Shown piece by piece: positions 1-13,999 of a DNA stretch of 64,000 bases (its first letter is position 1; each line of letters opens with the position of its first letter). Under the pieces are notes generated by a model. That model saw only the letters and a program-made list of their open reading frames with translations. It made no database searches and was not told the origin of the DNA. The DNA is from Lama guanicoe (Eukaryota): positions 3,106,151 to 3,170,150 of the forward strand of contig MU054001.1 in the NCBI GenBank assembly GCA_013239625.1, written 5' to 3'. Made by a program: the position numbers and the translations under genes.

Positions 1-115
1 TAACCAGCCAACACACGGGATAAGTGTAATGGGAGGAAAATTGGAACAGAAAGAGGTGCAGTCTTACCGAAGTGGAGTCAAAATATCTAAGTCTGCAAAT
101 TTTACAGAAATATGT

Positions 116-432
116 TGTCTCAGTGTATTCAGGCTGCTATAACAAAATACCACATATCGAGTAGCTGGTAAACAGCAAACATTTATTTTTCACAGTTCTG
201 GAGGCTGGGAAGTCCAAGATCAAGTTGCCAGCAGATTTAATGTCTGATGAAGGCCCACTTCCTAGCCATCCTCTAGAGTAACCTCATGTGATAGGAGCTC
301 TCTCATTCCTCCATTTTGCAAGAGCACTAATCCCATTCATAACCTAGTCACCTTCCATCGACTAATAGCATCCCTTGGAGGTCAGGATTTCCATGTGTGA
401 ATCTGAAGGGGACAGACATTCAATCTGCAGCA
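116..432 (-). mobile_element. MaLR solo LTR, MLT1A/MST-like
   Basis: TG...CA termini. Typical MLT1A/MST text (gctgctataacaaaatacca...ttctggaggctgggaagtccaagatcaag). Flanked by a near-identical 5-bp TSD, tatgt (111-115) / catgt (433-437). Confidence 0.85.
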
Positions 433-889
433 CATGTGATACGTAGCCTCACGGCTAAGCCTAAGAATTAAGCTTCTCAACTTCACGGGGAGTCCTTGAG
501 GCCTCCCAGCACAGATTTCCATTGTATGATAGCTTCATGCCCAGGGTGGTGTGGCTCCTTGAAGGAACTACCCCTGTGATACACCTTGGGAACTGCAAAA
601 AGGGGACAGAGCCAGGTCTTCTTTCATTTTATGGGTTATATCATAAACTACCTGACATACTGGTCCCGTCCTCTCTCTGTCTCTCTGCCTCTCTCTCTCT
701 CCTTCTAACCACTGACCCTGTAATTTATTCTCCCTTTTGGCTTCCACTTGCCCTCCAGATTTGACTGCATAAACCACGGGCGCCCTGAAGAAAGCCTGCC
801 CCAGCTTGCCCCGGCCCCAGGACCCTCCCAGCAGAGCGCTCTCCCGGGGACAGTAGGAAGTTCTTTCTAGATAAGACACTAAATGCTCA

Positions 890-1340
890 TATACATATGA
901 GAAAATGCTTCAACTCACTGCTAATCAGGAAAACGCAGATTGGAAACCACAATGAGATACCATCTTGGTCTCATAATATTGGCAAAAATTAAAAAGATCA
1001 ATAGTTTCAACAGCTGGCACCGTCCCTGGCAGATGGGTATCATGATACAACATTGCTCCAGAGGCCTTTATGGGACTAGCTGTCAAAATGTATCATGTGC
1101 CTCCCTGCTAACTTTTGTATATTTCAAAGAGCCTATTTTACAGAAATACACTCATTTGCTCAAAGATGTATTAGAGGTTTTTTTTTTTAAATTGCAACAT
1201 CAAAATAATGAAAAAATTGAGGCAATATAAATGTTCACCAATGAGAAACAGGTTAAATAAATTATACCTCATGCACACTGTGAAATAGTCTGTAATTATT
1301 TAAAAAATTTGTTGTTCTGACATAGAAATATCCTGAAGGC
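890..1340 (+). mobile_element. Old L1 (L1M/L1ME-like) ORF2 3' end fragment
   Basis: aaaatgcttcaactcactgctaatcaggaaa...accacaatgagataccatc; translation METTMRYHL matches the L1 ORF2 C-terminal motif. Heavily decayed. Confidence 0.75.
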
Positions 1341-1414
1341 ATTTTAATATGTGAGAAAATCAAGTCAAAGCACCATGCATGCTGTATGGGCCCATTTTTC
1401 AAGGACTGAAAGAC

Positions 1415-1640
1415 TTTGAACAAATCAAATAACCTCTTGGGATCTCAGTCTCTTCATCTGGAGAGAATTCCTCCCACTTCCCAGGTGCTGGCAAATTAAA
1501 AGCGACAATGGCTATAAAAGAATCCCATAAACTATAAAGTTCTATGTAATTAGGCAGATTTAAGCACGCCTAGCAAAGTGCCTGGCACATAGCAGGCATT
1601 CAAAAGGTAGTGGTGAAGTGAATGACTGAATCATTGAATG
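1415..1640 (+). mobile_element. MIR fragment followed by MIR/L2 3' tail
   Basis: aacctcttgggatctcagtctcttcatctgg (MIR core), then gtgcctggcacatagcaggcattcaa and a gaat-rich tail. Confidence 0.6.
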
Positions 1641-3599
1641 GGAGAATGAAGTTCTGGGTGGACTGGGTTAAACCAAAAGACGGTGCTGGCCTTGGAGTCA
1701 CCGTTAATGCCAGAATCACGCTGATGACCCTGAAGCAATAGGTGAAGTTCACCTCGATGGAATATTGTCCCGTTATTTACATGATCATCAGGGTGACATA
1801 TTAAGTGAAGAGAACAGAGTGCCCATGTAGAATGCACCCTCCGACTCCAACGACAAGGAAATGAAATATTTTTAGAGATCAGTCCTGGGAGGCAAACGCA
1901 AAATTGAAAACAGTTGGTTTGTTTAGTGTGGTGATATTGTGGGTAAATTTTTTTTTTAACTTCTAGAACTGTTGTAATGTTTCAGGCAGCATACACTTTA
2001 ATTACTTACATTGCTTTAGAAAATTAGGAGATTTGAGGAAAACTGAAAGGGAAAGAGAAATTCACTCCCACGAGCCATCACCAAACCATAATCACTGTTA
2101 GTAGGTTGTGTCTTTCATTGAAGTCTTGCTACTTTTTATTTTTTTTATTTTGAGGACAGATATTTTTCATATGTGAGTGTTACATGTGCCATTTCCCCAC
2201 GCACAACAATAAAATGTTGACGAGCTTACGTTTTTGGTGAAAGGCTTGTGTTTTGGAGTCACTCAATTTGGATGCTGTCACTTAGCAGAAGGTTTTAAGG
2301 AGGGAAAACCTGGTCAGACTTGTAAACTTAGGTGCATGCTCTACCTGCAGTGTCGGGCGGGGCTCGGGGATGAGGGCAGAGTGGAAATTTATTTGGGGCT
2401 TCACCTGTCGTCCTGTTCCTGGCAAGAAACGACCATAGCTTGAGCTAGTTGGTCCTTCAGCCATGAATTTCCCCTTCATCAGTAATCACATACCAGATCT
2501 CATTTTATTACTGGTTGCCGCCCAGCTCTTTGCTCCTGATGCATCTAAAAATGCACCTTACTCCGCCTACCTGAGCATCTGCAGGTGTCCAATAAGTTGG
2601 ATTGAGAAGGTCAGGAGGCAGATTTCTGCTGAGTCTGAGAAATGTATAGCATGCGACCATGGAAGAGAAGGCTGACCTGCAGGCCTGCAGTAAGCACCCT
2701 AGGTTTATATTCCAGACCACCAGCCACTATAATTATACATTAGCAGGCCTCCGAAAGGCACAATGTAGATGCTCGCAGCCAGGGTCCCTGCTATAAAGGC
2801 CCTGGTCTTGGTTGGTTATTAACTATACTGTACAAAGCCTCATAAACACCTTTTTACACATACAGTGCACCTTTCAATACAACAATCAAATGCTTTTCAA
2901 CAAATTACAGTCTCCTAGAAAACGGACCCCTTGATTGCTTCCCAGAAAGAGGTGGAAGGAAACTTTAGACAGAACTTGTTGGAAGCCTGATGTTTAGAAC
3001 CATGTTTGCTTTGGGCTGGAAATACCAGCCCGGACCTTGAGTGGCTCTGGGGAAATCAGTGGCAATTAATCCAAACCTGGCCCAAGAAGAAATCAGACCA
3101 CAGAAATAATTGAACCAACCCGATCTACTTTACAGATGAGCAGAATGAGCTCCGGAAAGAGCAGCCACTGTCGCAGATGCCTGGGAACTCAGAGGTGGAA
3201 CTGGGAACAAATTTCAGAACCAGCTGCCGACACCCTCCGTGGGCACATCTTACTGGTTACCTTGGTTGGTGCACAGTCTGCCATCTTGTGAATAGAATGT
3301 TGAGTCTTTACTCTTAATACCTTCTTTTCATACTCCTTTCTCTGATGTCCACAATCAGGCCAATTATTTCTGCTCTTAGAAAAAAAGATTTATAGATTTC
3401 ATAGACCAGTAAAATTCACAGACCCCAAGGTTGCAAACTGTATTTTGCCAAGTAAGAACACTGGAGAAAAACAAGCTGACGTGACAATGACCCAAGAATG
3501 TACGCCATTGGCAATGACCAGCTTTTGTACAAGGAAAGAAACATTATCAAAAAGCGAAGGAAATAAAAAAGAGAGAGGGGAAGAGAGAGAGAAGAAAAT

Positions 3600-3760
3600 A
3601 TGGAAGTTATAATTGGTCATTACCTGGAGTGGGTGGGGGTGTAGTCTGACTGCAAAAAAGCCCAAGGGAACTTTCTGGGAAGATGAAAATATTTTCTATC
3701 TTGATTGAGGTGGTGCTTATGTGAGTGTATTATCCATTTGACAAAAATTATTGCTCTTTG
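3600..3760 (+). mobile_element. L1M 3' UTR fragment
   Basis: gggaactttctgggaagatgaaaatattttctatcttgattgaggtggtg resembles the L1MC/L1ME 3' UTR. Confidence 0.6.
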
Positions 3761-4294
3761 TTAGAAGGCGTTCCTTCTGATAGAAAACCAAAAATAAAGC
3801 AAAATACAAGGGGCAAAACCCCACACCCTGATCAGGCCTGTCTTTCTTGGACCCAGACTTATCTCTGAGTTGAGAACTGGACCACGGGACATGACAGGGG
3901 AAAATGCAAGGGTGGGTCCCTAACGTAGTTTCCCTGCTGTGTCCTCCCCACCCACATTTCACTCAAGAGAATGCTGTGCCAGAGGGTGTTTCTACTCAGC
4001 GTCTCTGATGGAAATCAACCAAGGGCAGAGTGGAGAAATACCTCTGTCTTTGAATTTGCCCTGAGGCCTTGGGAAAGCAGTGCAACCACTCTTGGCTTCA
4101 GAGTCCTCGTCTGATCATTGAGGAAGTCATCATCCTCTGGGGGTAAATGTGGGGCTCCCTGGACCATATCCTAGAGTTCGGGCGCCCAGACAAGGTCAAG
4201 GCAAAGCCATCGAGGCTGGTTCTCTTAGTTCCAGCTTTTGCTCATTCACTTAGAAAACACAAAGCTTAAACGGAGGTGACTGAGTGCAGACCTA

Positions 4295-4512
4295 GGCATC
4301 AGAAAGACTTAGATATGAATTCTTCCTCTGACATTTATGAGCTGTGTGACGTGGGGCAATGAATATCACTCTGATGGGCCTGCATTTCCTCTGTGGTAAA
4401 AAGGGGACCATGATAGTGACCTCACAGAAACACTGTGAAGATGGAATAAGGTAAGTGGCCAGCTCAGTGTCTGGCACCAAGTAGATTCTGAATAAATATC
4501 TAGATATTGTTA
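4295..4512 (+). mobile_element. MIR SINE
   Basis: gctgtgtgacgtggggcaa...tttcctctgtggtaaaaagggg...gtctggcaccaagtagattctgaataaata. Confidence 0.8.
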
Positions 4513-6229
4513 TAACTTCTAGACATTTCCCTGGGCTTCTCGGCAGCCAGCAGGGATGGGTGAACTTGCACAGGATGGAATGGGGCTCTTGGAGGCTCCG
4601 TTTCCTTGGCTCTAAAACAGGATAAAAATGGGGTGATGGGTGGGGTATGCTTATCCCCATGCCTGGCACACACTAGGTGCTCACAGATCAGAGCCCTGGC
4701 TGTAACTGTGTCCCTGGAAAGCTCAGCTCACTTTTGGCCAAATATGGCCGTGGGAGAGTCACGTGTGATAGCCATCTCTTAATTGCATCACCTTTCTGTC
4801 TGTCGATACACATTTTCCCAAATTTTTCCCAAGGATTAAAGAGGAATGGCCAGAGCCCTGATGCCAAAATGGGTTGTACGATCAGAATTTTGTTCTCTCA
4901 GTCCGTCTATTGGCAGAAACTCTGTCTGCTCATTTGCAGCTGCACCCTCAGTACCAGGAAAAGTGTCGAGTGCATAACAGGTGGTCAATAAATATCTCAT
5001 GAATAAATGAATGAGCTCATGAGTAAAAGAATGAGTGAAAGTAATATGTCCAAGGCCCCTTGAGTTCTTTACTCAGCCAAGTATGATTATCTCTACATGC
5101 CAAGCTAAGAAGGGAAGCAGATATAACCATTGTAGAGAGATTCTCAAGTGCACAGCTGGAGTGAAAAATCCAGGTTGCTTTTCCTAGAGCTGGAGTTTCT
5201 CTGGTTTGGGTTTGGTGTGGGTTTGTGGCAGACTGAGAGAAATGCGTGCTATGCCTTAGTGTTCTTTAGAGTACCATACGCATGAGAGTGTCCCAGGATC
5301 CTTGTTCCCCAAAGGACCAAAAAAGGGTTACAACCTGGCCAATTGTCACCACTCCTCAACTTAAACCAGAATGTAAAGTTAAACTCATGAAGATTTGCAA
5401 AAACAGGCTTGCAACATTGCAGAAAACCAAACCAAACCCAAACAATCGACAAAAATCAAAATCAAAACTCGCAAGCATTTCTGGCGTTCCAGAACTCTTT
5501 TCTTATTTACACTTGGGTTTTAAAACTCCACAAGACAACAAGAGTACTCTAATTGGAGCCTGGGAGGAGGTACAGACTGGCCAGTCGCTAGTAAAACCGA
5601 AAGCATTTATTTATTATTTAATTTGTTTGCCCAGGAGACTTCACTCCTGATGTAACATCTGGTTTTCATTGTAGCCCAACTTTTACCTAATTGTACAGCT
5701 GGGGAGATTAAGGCACTAGGGGTCACAGGCCGAGCCCAGCCAGGACCCAGCCCCCTATGAGAGCTTTGCTCCTCGCTTCAGGGTAGAGACCACACTCCTT
5801 GCCCCTGGTCCTCCGGTGGAGACCTATAAATAAGAAAGGAATTACTCTTTCAAGTCCCCATTCTCCCTCCTTCTGATTCTCATTAATGGTGGGACTGGGC
5901 GTTGAAGGCAAAGGAAGGGGACTGGGGAGATGGAAGATGCAGGAGGTAGGGGCAGCCAGCACAGAGGTTCCAGACCACAGGCAAGGGATGGGGGCTGCAG
6001 CTTGGACGGAAGTTGCTCTTCCGGGGGGCCCTTTGTCAAAGGCTGGCTCCTCTGACCCAAAGTGACTGGTATAGGGCAAGCAAAGTCCATTTTCCAACTT
6101 GGAGAGTAACAAGGAAGAAACAGATTTCAACAGTAACATCAGGAGGCTGGAATGAAAAGGAATGAAAAAAGAATAACTCCTCCCCTGGGGTGGAAGCTGC
6201 CACCAAGGTGGGCTTGGGGAATGTTCTTT

Positions 6230-6390
6230 ACTGGCTTTGAATCCCATCTTTACCACTTCCGATATGACCTTGGGCGAGTTGCTTACCTTTCTGAGCCTCA
6301 GTTCCCTGATTGCATGGAATTCTTGGGAAGATTAAATGAGATAATTTATGTGAAGGACCTAGGAGGAATAGCTGATGCTTAATAAACACT
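6230..6390 (+). mobile_element. MIR SINE
   Basis: tttgaatcccatctttaccact...tgaccttgggcgagttgcttacctttctgagcctcagtt...gattaaatgagataat. Confidence 0.85.
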
Positions 6391-9300
6391 TTTAAAATGT
6401 AGTTATAATCAGTCCAAAAAAAATTACTCAAGACACCACACTTCAGTCTTGACCACTTAAAGAAGTGAGCTCACCTACAAGGTTATATTAAAAAATGTCA
6501 TCCAGGGAACAAGGACTGAGGGGCGATTAGAAAGCTGGTTAGAGCCTCACGTTATGTTAGCCATTGGGGAATGGGGGAGGGGTGGTGACACAGGATCAGG
6601 AAGCTATGAAGAATGACAATCAAGGAACTCAAAATCTGTCTGGTGAGACGGTAAGTGCTCATGTAGAAGTGTCCAATAATAATTCATGGCTGAGTACCTG
6701 CTACCACCAATATGAACACTCCTCAAGTCCGACTGAAAAATCAGTCAGGGCTAGGATTGCTGGGAAACACTTCAGAGAGGAAGTGGGACTGGGGCTGGGT
6801 TTTGAAGGATGGGTAGGAGTTAGAGAGGCAGAGTGACCCCAGTGGAGTGTTCTAGAATACAATGTAGATCTTGTGGACTTGGGTGAACTTAGGCCAGAGA
6901 TGGTGTAGGGGTAGTGAGAAGACTAGCCTGGATGGAAAATAGCAGGCAGATTGGGCACACACAGAGGGCTATATACCAGGAGGTCTTGAAAGTCAAGCAA
7001 AGGTGCATGCCTCTCGGGGCAATGGACTGCTAGCTAAGGGCCACTGTGCCAAAGAGGACGATGACTCAAGAGTACTTGAGGAAGCTCACATGCATAGACC
7101 ACATGCACAGCTAGACTGAAAACCGGGATGCCCTTGGCATCTGATCTACTGGGATTCCTGCCTCACCAAGGCTTGGTCCATCTTTCCCAGCCCGTGAATC
7201 TCTGAGTCAGGGATTACTCTCCTTGGTGAGCCTGGAATCATGTTCCATTTCTCTGCATTTCCTGCACCCACTACTGGCTTTTGTTGGGGTACACTGCAGT
7301 GTATCTATCTTAGCATCATAGCATTGAGGCTAGCTCTGTGTGACCTAGCTTCAACACAGCCCAAGGCTGCTCTGAGGGCCCCAGTTGGTTATATTAGCCA
7401 AGACTGTCAGAACAATAAGAATGTAAAGCAAGAAAAATCAGACTGGGAACCAGCTCCCCTAGTCAGCTGGCACGCTGGTGTTTCACTGTGTAGATTATCA
7501 ATTTGAGGGTGGGAAGACACCAAGACTCCTTAGCCTGGAACAGAGACATTCATGTCAGGCATTCAGAGCAAGTGGAGATGTGGAGATCAGTCCAGGGTCT
7601 TCATGTGTTCCAAGGGTTCTCATTCTTCAGACTTTGGGATAACTTTATTTCTTGCCCAGATGCTTTCTGGAGTGGTGGGATAGAAAATACACATACTTTG
7701 TAGGGAGCGGACATTAATTAAGATTCTCATGCTACCACTGGGCAGACCACTGGACTTCTCTGCCTCTCATCTCCCTTGTCTAAAAGATGAAGAGTCTTTG
7801 TTTCAAGGGACAGATAAAGTCACGAGTGTCAGAGCACCTTGAAAAGGATTCCTGTATGGTGAGCACCCACTATATGCTGAGCACCATGCAAGGTGCCAGG
7901 GGTGAGTGGGGATAGTGTCAAAGCATTAAGACATGGCTGATGGCACATGTGCCAAACCATACTCTACATAGAACCAAGTGAAGGGATGTCACGTGAACAC
8001 ACCTGTCCCATTGTCACATAGTGTGTGTGATGTGCAAGATAAACAGAATTCTTCACTGCCAAGCTTCTCAGAACGTAATCTACTAAAATACACTGGAGAT
8101 ATTGAAGGGAGAGAAAGGGTTTTTCATTTCTCTCATGGAAATCACAAAGTAGAGCAAGCTGTAAATGTTCACTTGCTGTCCTGGGCAGTGGGGTGCTTCT
8201 GAGTGAGTCACTGACTTTGCTCAGAGCAAGAGCAAAGAAAGCCCTCTCTCCAATCCATTTCACCCCAGTAACATTTTCCTCAAAAAGAGAAAAAAATCCA
8301 AGTATCTCAAAAACAAAATTTAGTTCAACTTAATGTTCAAAAGAGGAAATCATATGATACTACTTTTTTTCAAATCATGATTTTGAGGTTTTAATTTGAT
8401 AAGCAAGAACAATGCTGAAAATGGCACTTCAAGACTTGATGGTATAGAAAAAACCTTATGAGTGCATTTTTCCTGATTTTCATTTCCCTTTGTGTCCTAA
8501 CTCTGCCTCCAATCTATGCAAACCCACCACTCTCACCAGGAAAAATCAAGAGTTGTTAGCAACATTATCAGACCATCTTGATCCAAGGGCAAGTCAACCA
8601 TCAGTGGTATCACACAGTTCCAGTAAGTTATGCTGTATAAAAGAGGATTTTTCAGCCAAATCCAGCTTTCAAGTCCTGGGAGCTTGTTCTAAATTGCCAT
8701 GAATCCACCTGGTTTTTACTTAAATGTCTAACAGAAAAATCACCATCTCAAGATGCCCAAGGTTGAGACTGGGATTTCTCCTTCCTCCCTCCCTTAAACA
8801 ATGGCCAAGGGATAAGGGAGAGTTCTAATCTTAAATATTTGATGATGTGCAGTTCTGAGAGGGGAAAGGTTGAGCTGTTTTGAACTTTGTTCCCAGAAGG
8901 GCAATGGGTATTATTAAACACATCCATTATGGTGGACATATGAAGTGTGAGTTTTATGACCCTGGAAGGGAATGCCTCTGAGACTTCTAGGAGACCTATC
9001 TCTGGAAATCTTCCTGGGGTCATCTGGTTTGGCCCCTTCTACTGTCATATCCTTCAGCCCAACTTGAAGGTAGTCTAGAGAATTAAGATAAATGCAGAAG
9101 GATATGTGTCTACCACCCTTTACAAACTGAGTCCCATGAAGCAGGACTTCAAAATAGTCAAAAATACCTTCACCAGTCCAGTACTCCTTCCGGAGTCAGC
9201 ACTGAAGAGGGCTCATAGAAAGCAAGTTGGTGTACAGGTTGGAATCTCTTCCCCATTAGAATGGGGAAGAACCAAGAAACATACCACCTTCTTGTCTATC

Positions 9301-10638
9301 AGGGTCTTATCCTCACTCTCAGGTGGCACCCAATCCCTGCCCACTTGCTGAAACTCTGCATCTCAGCCTCCTCAACCTGACTTTTCTTCTTCTACTTTCC
9401 TTTACAACCAGCCTCTCACCCAATTCTGAATTCAAGGAGCCCCTGTCATCATTATCAGCAGACGCGTTTTCTTCTAATTCTCTTGTGTGTGTTAGATTTG
9501 CATCCTCAATCTTGGTTACAAGTCTTACAAGGGCTAAGACTTAATCTTGACCACTTACAGTACTTGACACTGATGGACACAGAGTAGACTCTTACCAAGG
9601 ATGGGTTAATTCTTGGAGGCTTTCAACCACGTGTCTGGAGATGGAAGTAATTCTAGTTTAACAGTGTCATTATCTATTTGTTACAAACATTAAAACTCAA
9701 GTCAGCAGGAAGAAATTTGCTAATTTCCTGACCATCTTCTCCATTACATATGCTGTTACATTAATACATTACATACCTTCATCTATCAATGTTGTTTAAA
9801 AAATTTCCAGAATCACATGTTTATACACACACACATGCACACAGACACACACACACAATCACCCTCTTTTTATTTGTTTCTTTGTGCAGCACTAAAGAAC
9901 TTAGTTCTCTGTTGCTGACTCTTGGTCGGCTTTAAAAAGCCTGAGAAAGGATAACATGTAGATACTAGTATCTGATTGTAGGAGGTGAAAAAAATCTGTA
10001 TTCTTGCCTCTGACAATTCACCCTGCATAGGAATAAGTGTCATGCATTGCAGAAAGAGAAAATGCTAAATCCGCCCTTCAGATAATACATCTCTGCTTAG
10101 GGAAGTAGAGATTGGGGGGCAAACACATTGAATCACTCCTTGTTTCATTATTTTTGACATTGATTTGTCATTAGGAAAATTTATTAGGCTCCAGATTAAA
10201 TTGATTTGAAGAATCATTAATTCATGGGATGAAGTCAGAACCGTTTGGCCTGCCCACGCTGAAATGAGGCAGTATTGATAAAACAAAGGGGGAACTATCA
10301 GAGCTATTTAAAGCCCACTTTTTCCTACCTGGAGGAATATTTTGGACATAATTTGGGGAGGATGTTCTAACAGTCAGCCTCAGTCAACTTTTTGCCAGAA
10401 GAGGATTTTTCTAATACCAAAATCAGAGAGACAGATTTTCTTTCAGAGAGGTTATTTAGGAAAAAAATTATCAATTCAAAAATAGGAATTAAACACAGCC
10501 TCCCTCTTCCCTCCATGAAAGAGAACCAGAATCCAACTTACCTGCAACCCGGGTATCTCCTTCCCAAACAATGTTCACCCTGCTCCTCAATTATTTTCAG
10601 TCAAGATGGGGGTAATTTATGTAATTTAAAGAAGCTTT

Positions 10639-10763
10639 TTTTTCTCATATTATTTTTTATTAAAGGTTATTACAAGATATTGAATATAGTTCCTTGTGCT
10701 ATACTGAAGAAACTTGTTTTTTTAATCTATTTTTATATATAGTAGCTAACATTTGCAAATCTC
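10639..10763 (-). mobile_element. Short young L1 3'UTR-derived insertion with 11-bp TSD
   Basis: Similar to the 3' UTR of the L1 at 21125-22961 (ttattacaagatattgaatatagttccttgtgct). Direct repeat aaagaagcttt at 10628-10638 and 10764-10774. Confidence 0.85.
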
Positions 10764-12439
10764 AAAGAAGCTTTCCTTTTAATTGAAGTATTAAAAAAAA
10801 AAGACAGACTCCCTGCCCTCAAATAATACAATGATAAAATATATACATAAATAATTTTTTAAAGCAGGCAAAAAATGAAGCTTATCCTAATGCAAGGCTA
10901 GATTACTGTTTCTCTGATTTCCTCTTCAATCCCTCAGAAGTGGGCATGGAATATAAGAGGCTGTGGAACATACCAAAAAAATATGTTGTTTCCCTACCTT
11001 TTCTCTTGGTCATGTTTTCCTATATTTTCAAAAGAAAAATCATGATATTCAACTCCCCCCTTACCCCATATTAATCAGAACTGCTGTTTTCAAATGATCA
11101 AAAAGACTTAAAGAAAAAAGGGATTTTCTTTGGTTCCTGTGACAGAAAGTTCAGGAGTATAACGGGCTCCTCTTTTCACTTTTTGGTTCAGGCAAATTCT
11201 CCCCACATGGAGGTCTCATTACCTCCGGGTTTACATCTCTTTGTTACCAGAAATACCTGTGGAAAATGGCTTCTCTATTCCAAGAACACCAACAAAAGTC
11301 CATGAATGGCGTCTCTTTGCCTTGGAAGGGAACTTCTAATCTCCCATTTGTTCACTCATCCATTCAGTTGTCCTCTTGTCCATCTGCCCATCCCTATCCC
11401 ACTCTCTATCATGTGCTAAGGTTAAGGGTCCCAGACTCAGGCCTCACCTTCAACCAACCTTCCTTTTGAAGCTACCTCTTTCTTTCTGAAGCTCAGAGAA
11501 TGCAGCCCGCAAGGGTAGCTGTTGCAAGCAACCATCCCTGCAGCACAGAGAAGGTGGTTAAGGATAACATGGCCATTTTTTGCTTCTCTAGAAATTCCTC
11601 AGAAGGGCTTCGTTTTCCAGCCAAATGCAGAAAGGCTGGGAAGACAGGCATTGGCTCTAAAAAAAAAAAAAAGGTGAAGAGTTTGAAGAATTCTGTTTAC
11701 AATTAACTTTCCTGCTCACTGAGACGATGACATTTGTGACCCTCTGGAGCACAGAGAGGCAGCTGCGGAGAGTGCAGCCCTGAATGTTGTAGACGGCACA
11801 GAAGCTGGATGGAATGAAGGCAGTGTGTTCCCAAAGAAGAGTTGGGGGTGAAATGTCTCAAGACCATGTAAAAAAGAACTGTAGCTTTGCACAAATATGC
11901 ACACACACATATACACACACACACACGCATTTTGGAATTTAAATACCCTGGGTTACCCCAGGCTTCATGTAACCTCTGCCTTGTATTTGAGTCTCTGTGT
12001 CTGTGTTTATCTTGTATATTCGTCTGAAAGTTGAGGGATGAGGAGGAGGAGCCAAGAGGCTTAGGCAGAGGACAAACAAAGGAGCGTGCATCCTCTGAGT
12101 GACAACAAGATACCTAGTCTATAAATACTGGTCCTCCTCGAAGCCTCGTTGGGTCCATCCAGCTCCGGGAGGTCTACACCAGCCTGGATGCCTTACAACC
12201 TGGCTTGGCCCCTCTTCAGTGTTATTTTACTCCACTTGGGGATTTGTTTAGTTTCCAGATGAAAGGGAAGGTCTAGTGCAGAGGACACTCACTGAACTTC
12301 TGCAGTCACGTACACATGGGACCTCCAGCTTAGGAAAGATTCCCGGAACTGAAGACACCATCACAAGTGTGTCTGACTCCACAACTTCCACACCACCTTT
12401 GCATCGATTATTTCATTAACAAGTATTTGCCCACATTCA

Positions 12440-12655
12440 AAATCCCCAATGATTCGACATTCCACTAAGTGCGAGGCACTACATTGAGTGAATTGTATAT
12501 ATCTTCTCTTGTTTAATCTATCTAACAACCATGCAAGAATGAATATTATTACCCTCACTCGACCAAGTATCAGAGAGGTGAAACCGCTTGCCCAAGGTTA
12601 CAAATCTCATCAGTAGCAAAGCCAAGGTTCTGGCCTAATCACTGTACTCTTTCCA
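12440..12655 (-). mobile_element. MIR SINE
   Basis: attattaccctcact...cagagaggtgaaaccgcttgcccaaggttaca is the reverse MIR core. Confidence 0.7.
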
Positions 12656-13999
12656 AAAATATTAACTCGATGCTTTTGACCTGGGGCCCTAAGCAAACAC
12701 TTGTTGAATGAACAAATGAATGAATAAACAGTTTCACCATGCCCACATCAGTTCAGTGTTTCCTGTTGTGTTCCTGACTCTGATGCATAGGTAAGGTCAG
12801 GGGACTGAAAATCAGGGGACTCGTGACTCTAGCAGATTGCCCCACTCCCATTCTGTCTCTTAGGAGCAACTGACATGCTGGGTCCCAGGCAGAGATCCTT
12901 AGCTGAGCCTAATAGATCTCGGTTGGGTTCATTAATGCCACTGTGGTTCAAAGACCGTCAAGACCCTAGCCACTGCCTCCGATCAGACTGCATGAAAAAA
13001 AGGAATGCAACTTCTTCCTGTGTTTTGCCCAAGCACAGTATGTTGTGTGGGTAATTTCTGGTCTGGCCAGTAAAAACCTCCGGGAGCCTTCCTTTAGGTC
13101 TTTAATTATGAACTGTAGGGGACACCACAAAATAAATACTTAAAATGTCTAGACAACCAGTCATCAGAGTAGGATAATTAACTTCAAACATTCTAAATTG
13201 TTGGAGGAGTCGTTATTCACCTTCTGTAGTTCCTTTCTATATCCTTCCCCGGCCAATATGTTTGTAGCAATGAAGCTGGGGAACCAGTTGAAACCTTCTC
13301 CTGATACAAAGCAGCCTCTTTCCCCGGCTCTTAAATGACAAGTCACAAAATGACCAGGGAACGTACAATAAAGGAACACAAACTGAGACCATTAGTTTTT
13401 CCAAGGAAGGAAAAATCTCCACTTTTTCATTACATCAAAACACAAAACAGCAGTAAGGCAGATTTGAAGAAGACGAATTACTGTTTTATTTGTTTAGTCG
13501 ATTTTATGTATTTCTGTCTTAATTTTTTATTACTAAAAAAAAATAATCAAGCCATCCTGATTCTTGATTAATGCTCAGTAAATTTGCCTCCTGACATCTA
13601 AAATGTGATCAGGCTGCTGTTGAACTCGGGGTGTTTCTCCCCCTACCCGTTCTCACCTCCCACAGATTTCCTCCAAGGAAGCATTTTTAGCATTGAGTGC
13701 ACATGAATTTTGTCATGATCCAAAACCAAAACACTCCATGAAAGAGGTATGGATTTCAAAATGTGAACATGCTGCCAGTGTATCTCAGTCTCCAGCCCTC
13801 CCTTCAAAGAGGGGCTGTGGGGGTCTCGTTAATCAGGTCTGAAACCTGCACTCAGATTCAGCCTGTCTTTGGGCAATGAGTAGATCTTCAAACTATGAGC
13901 TGTGTGAATGCAGAGCTGAGCTGCTCACAGTGTCAACAGCTCCCTTCCACTTTCACGTCATTCTCAAAGCAGACAATCTTTTATAAGACACCAAATAAT

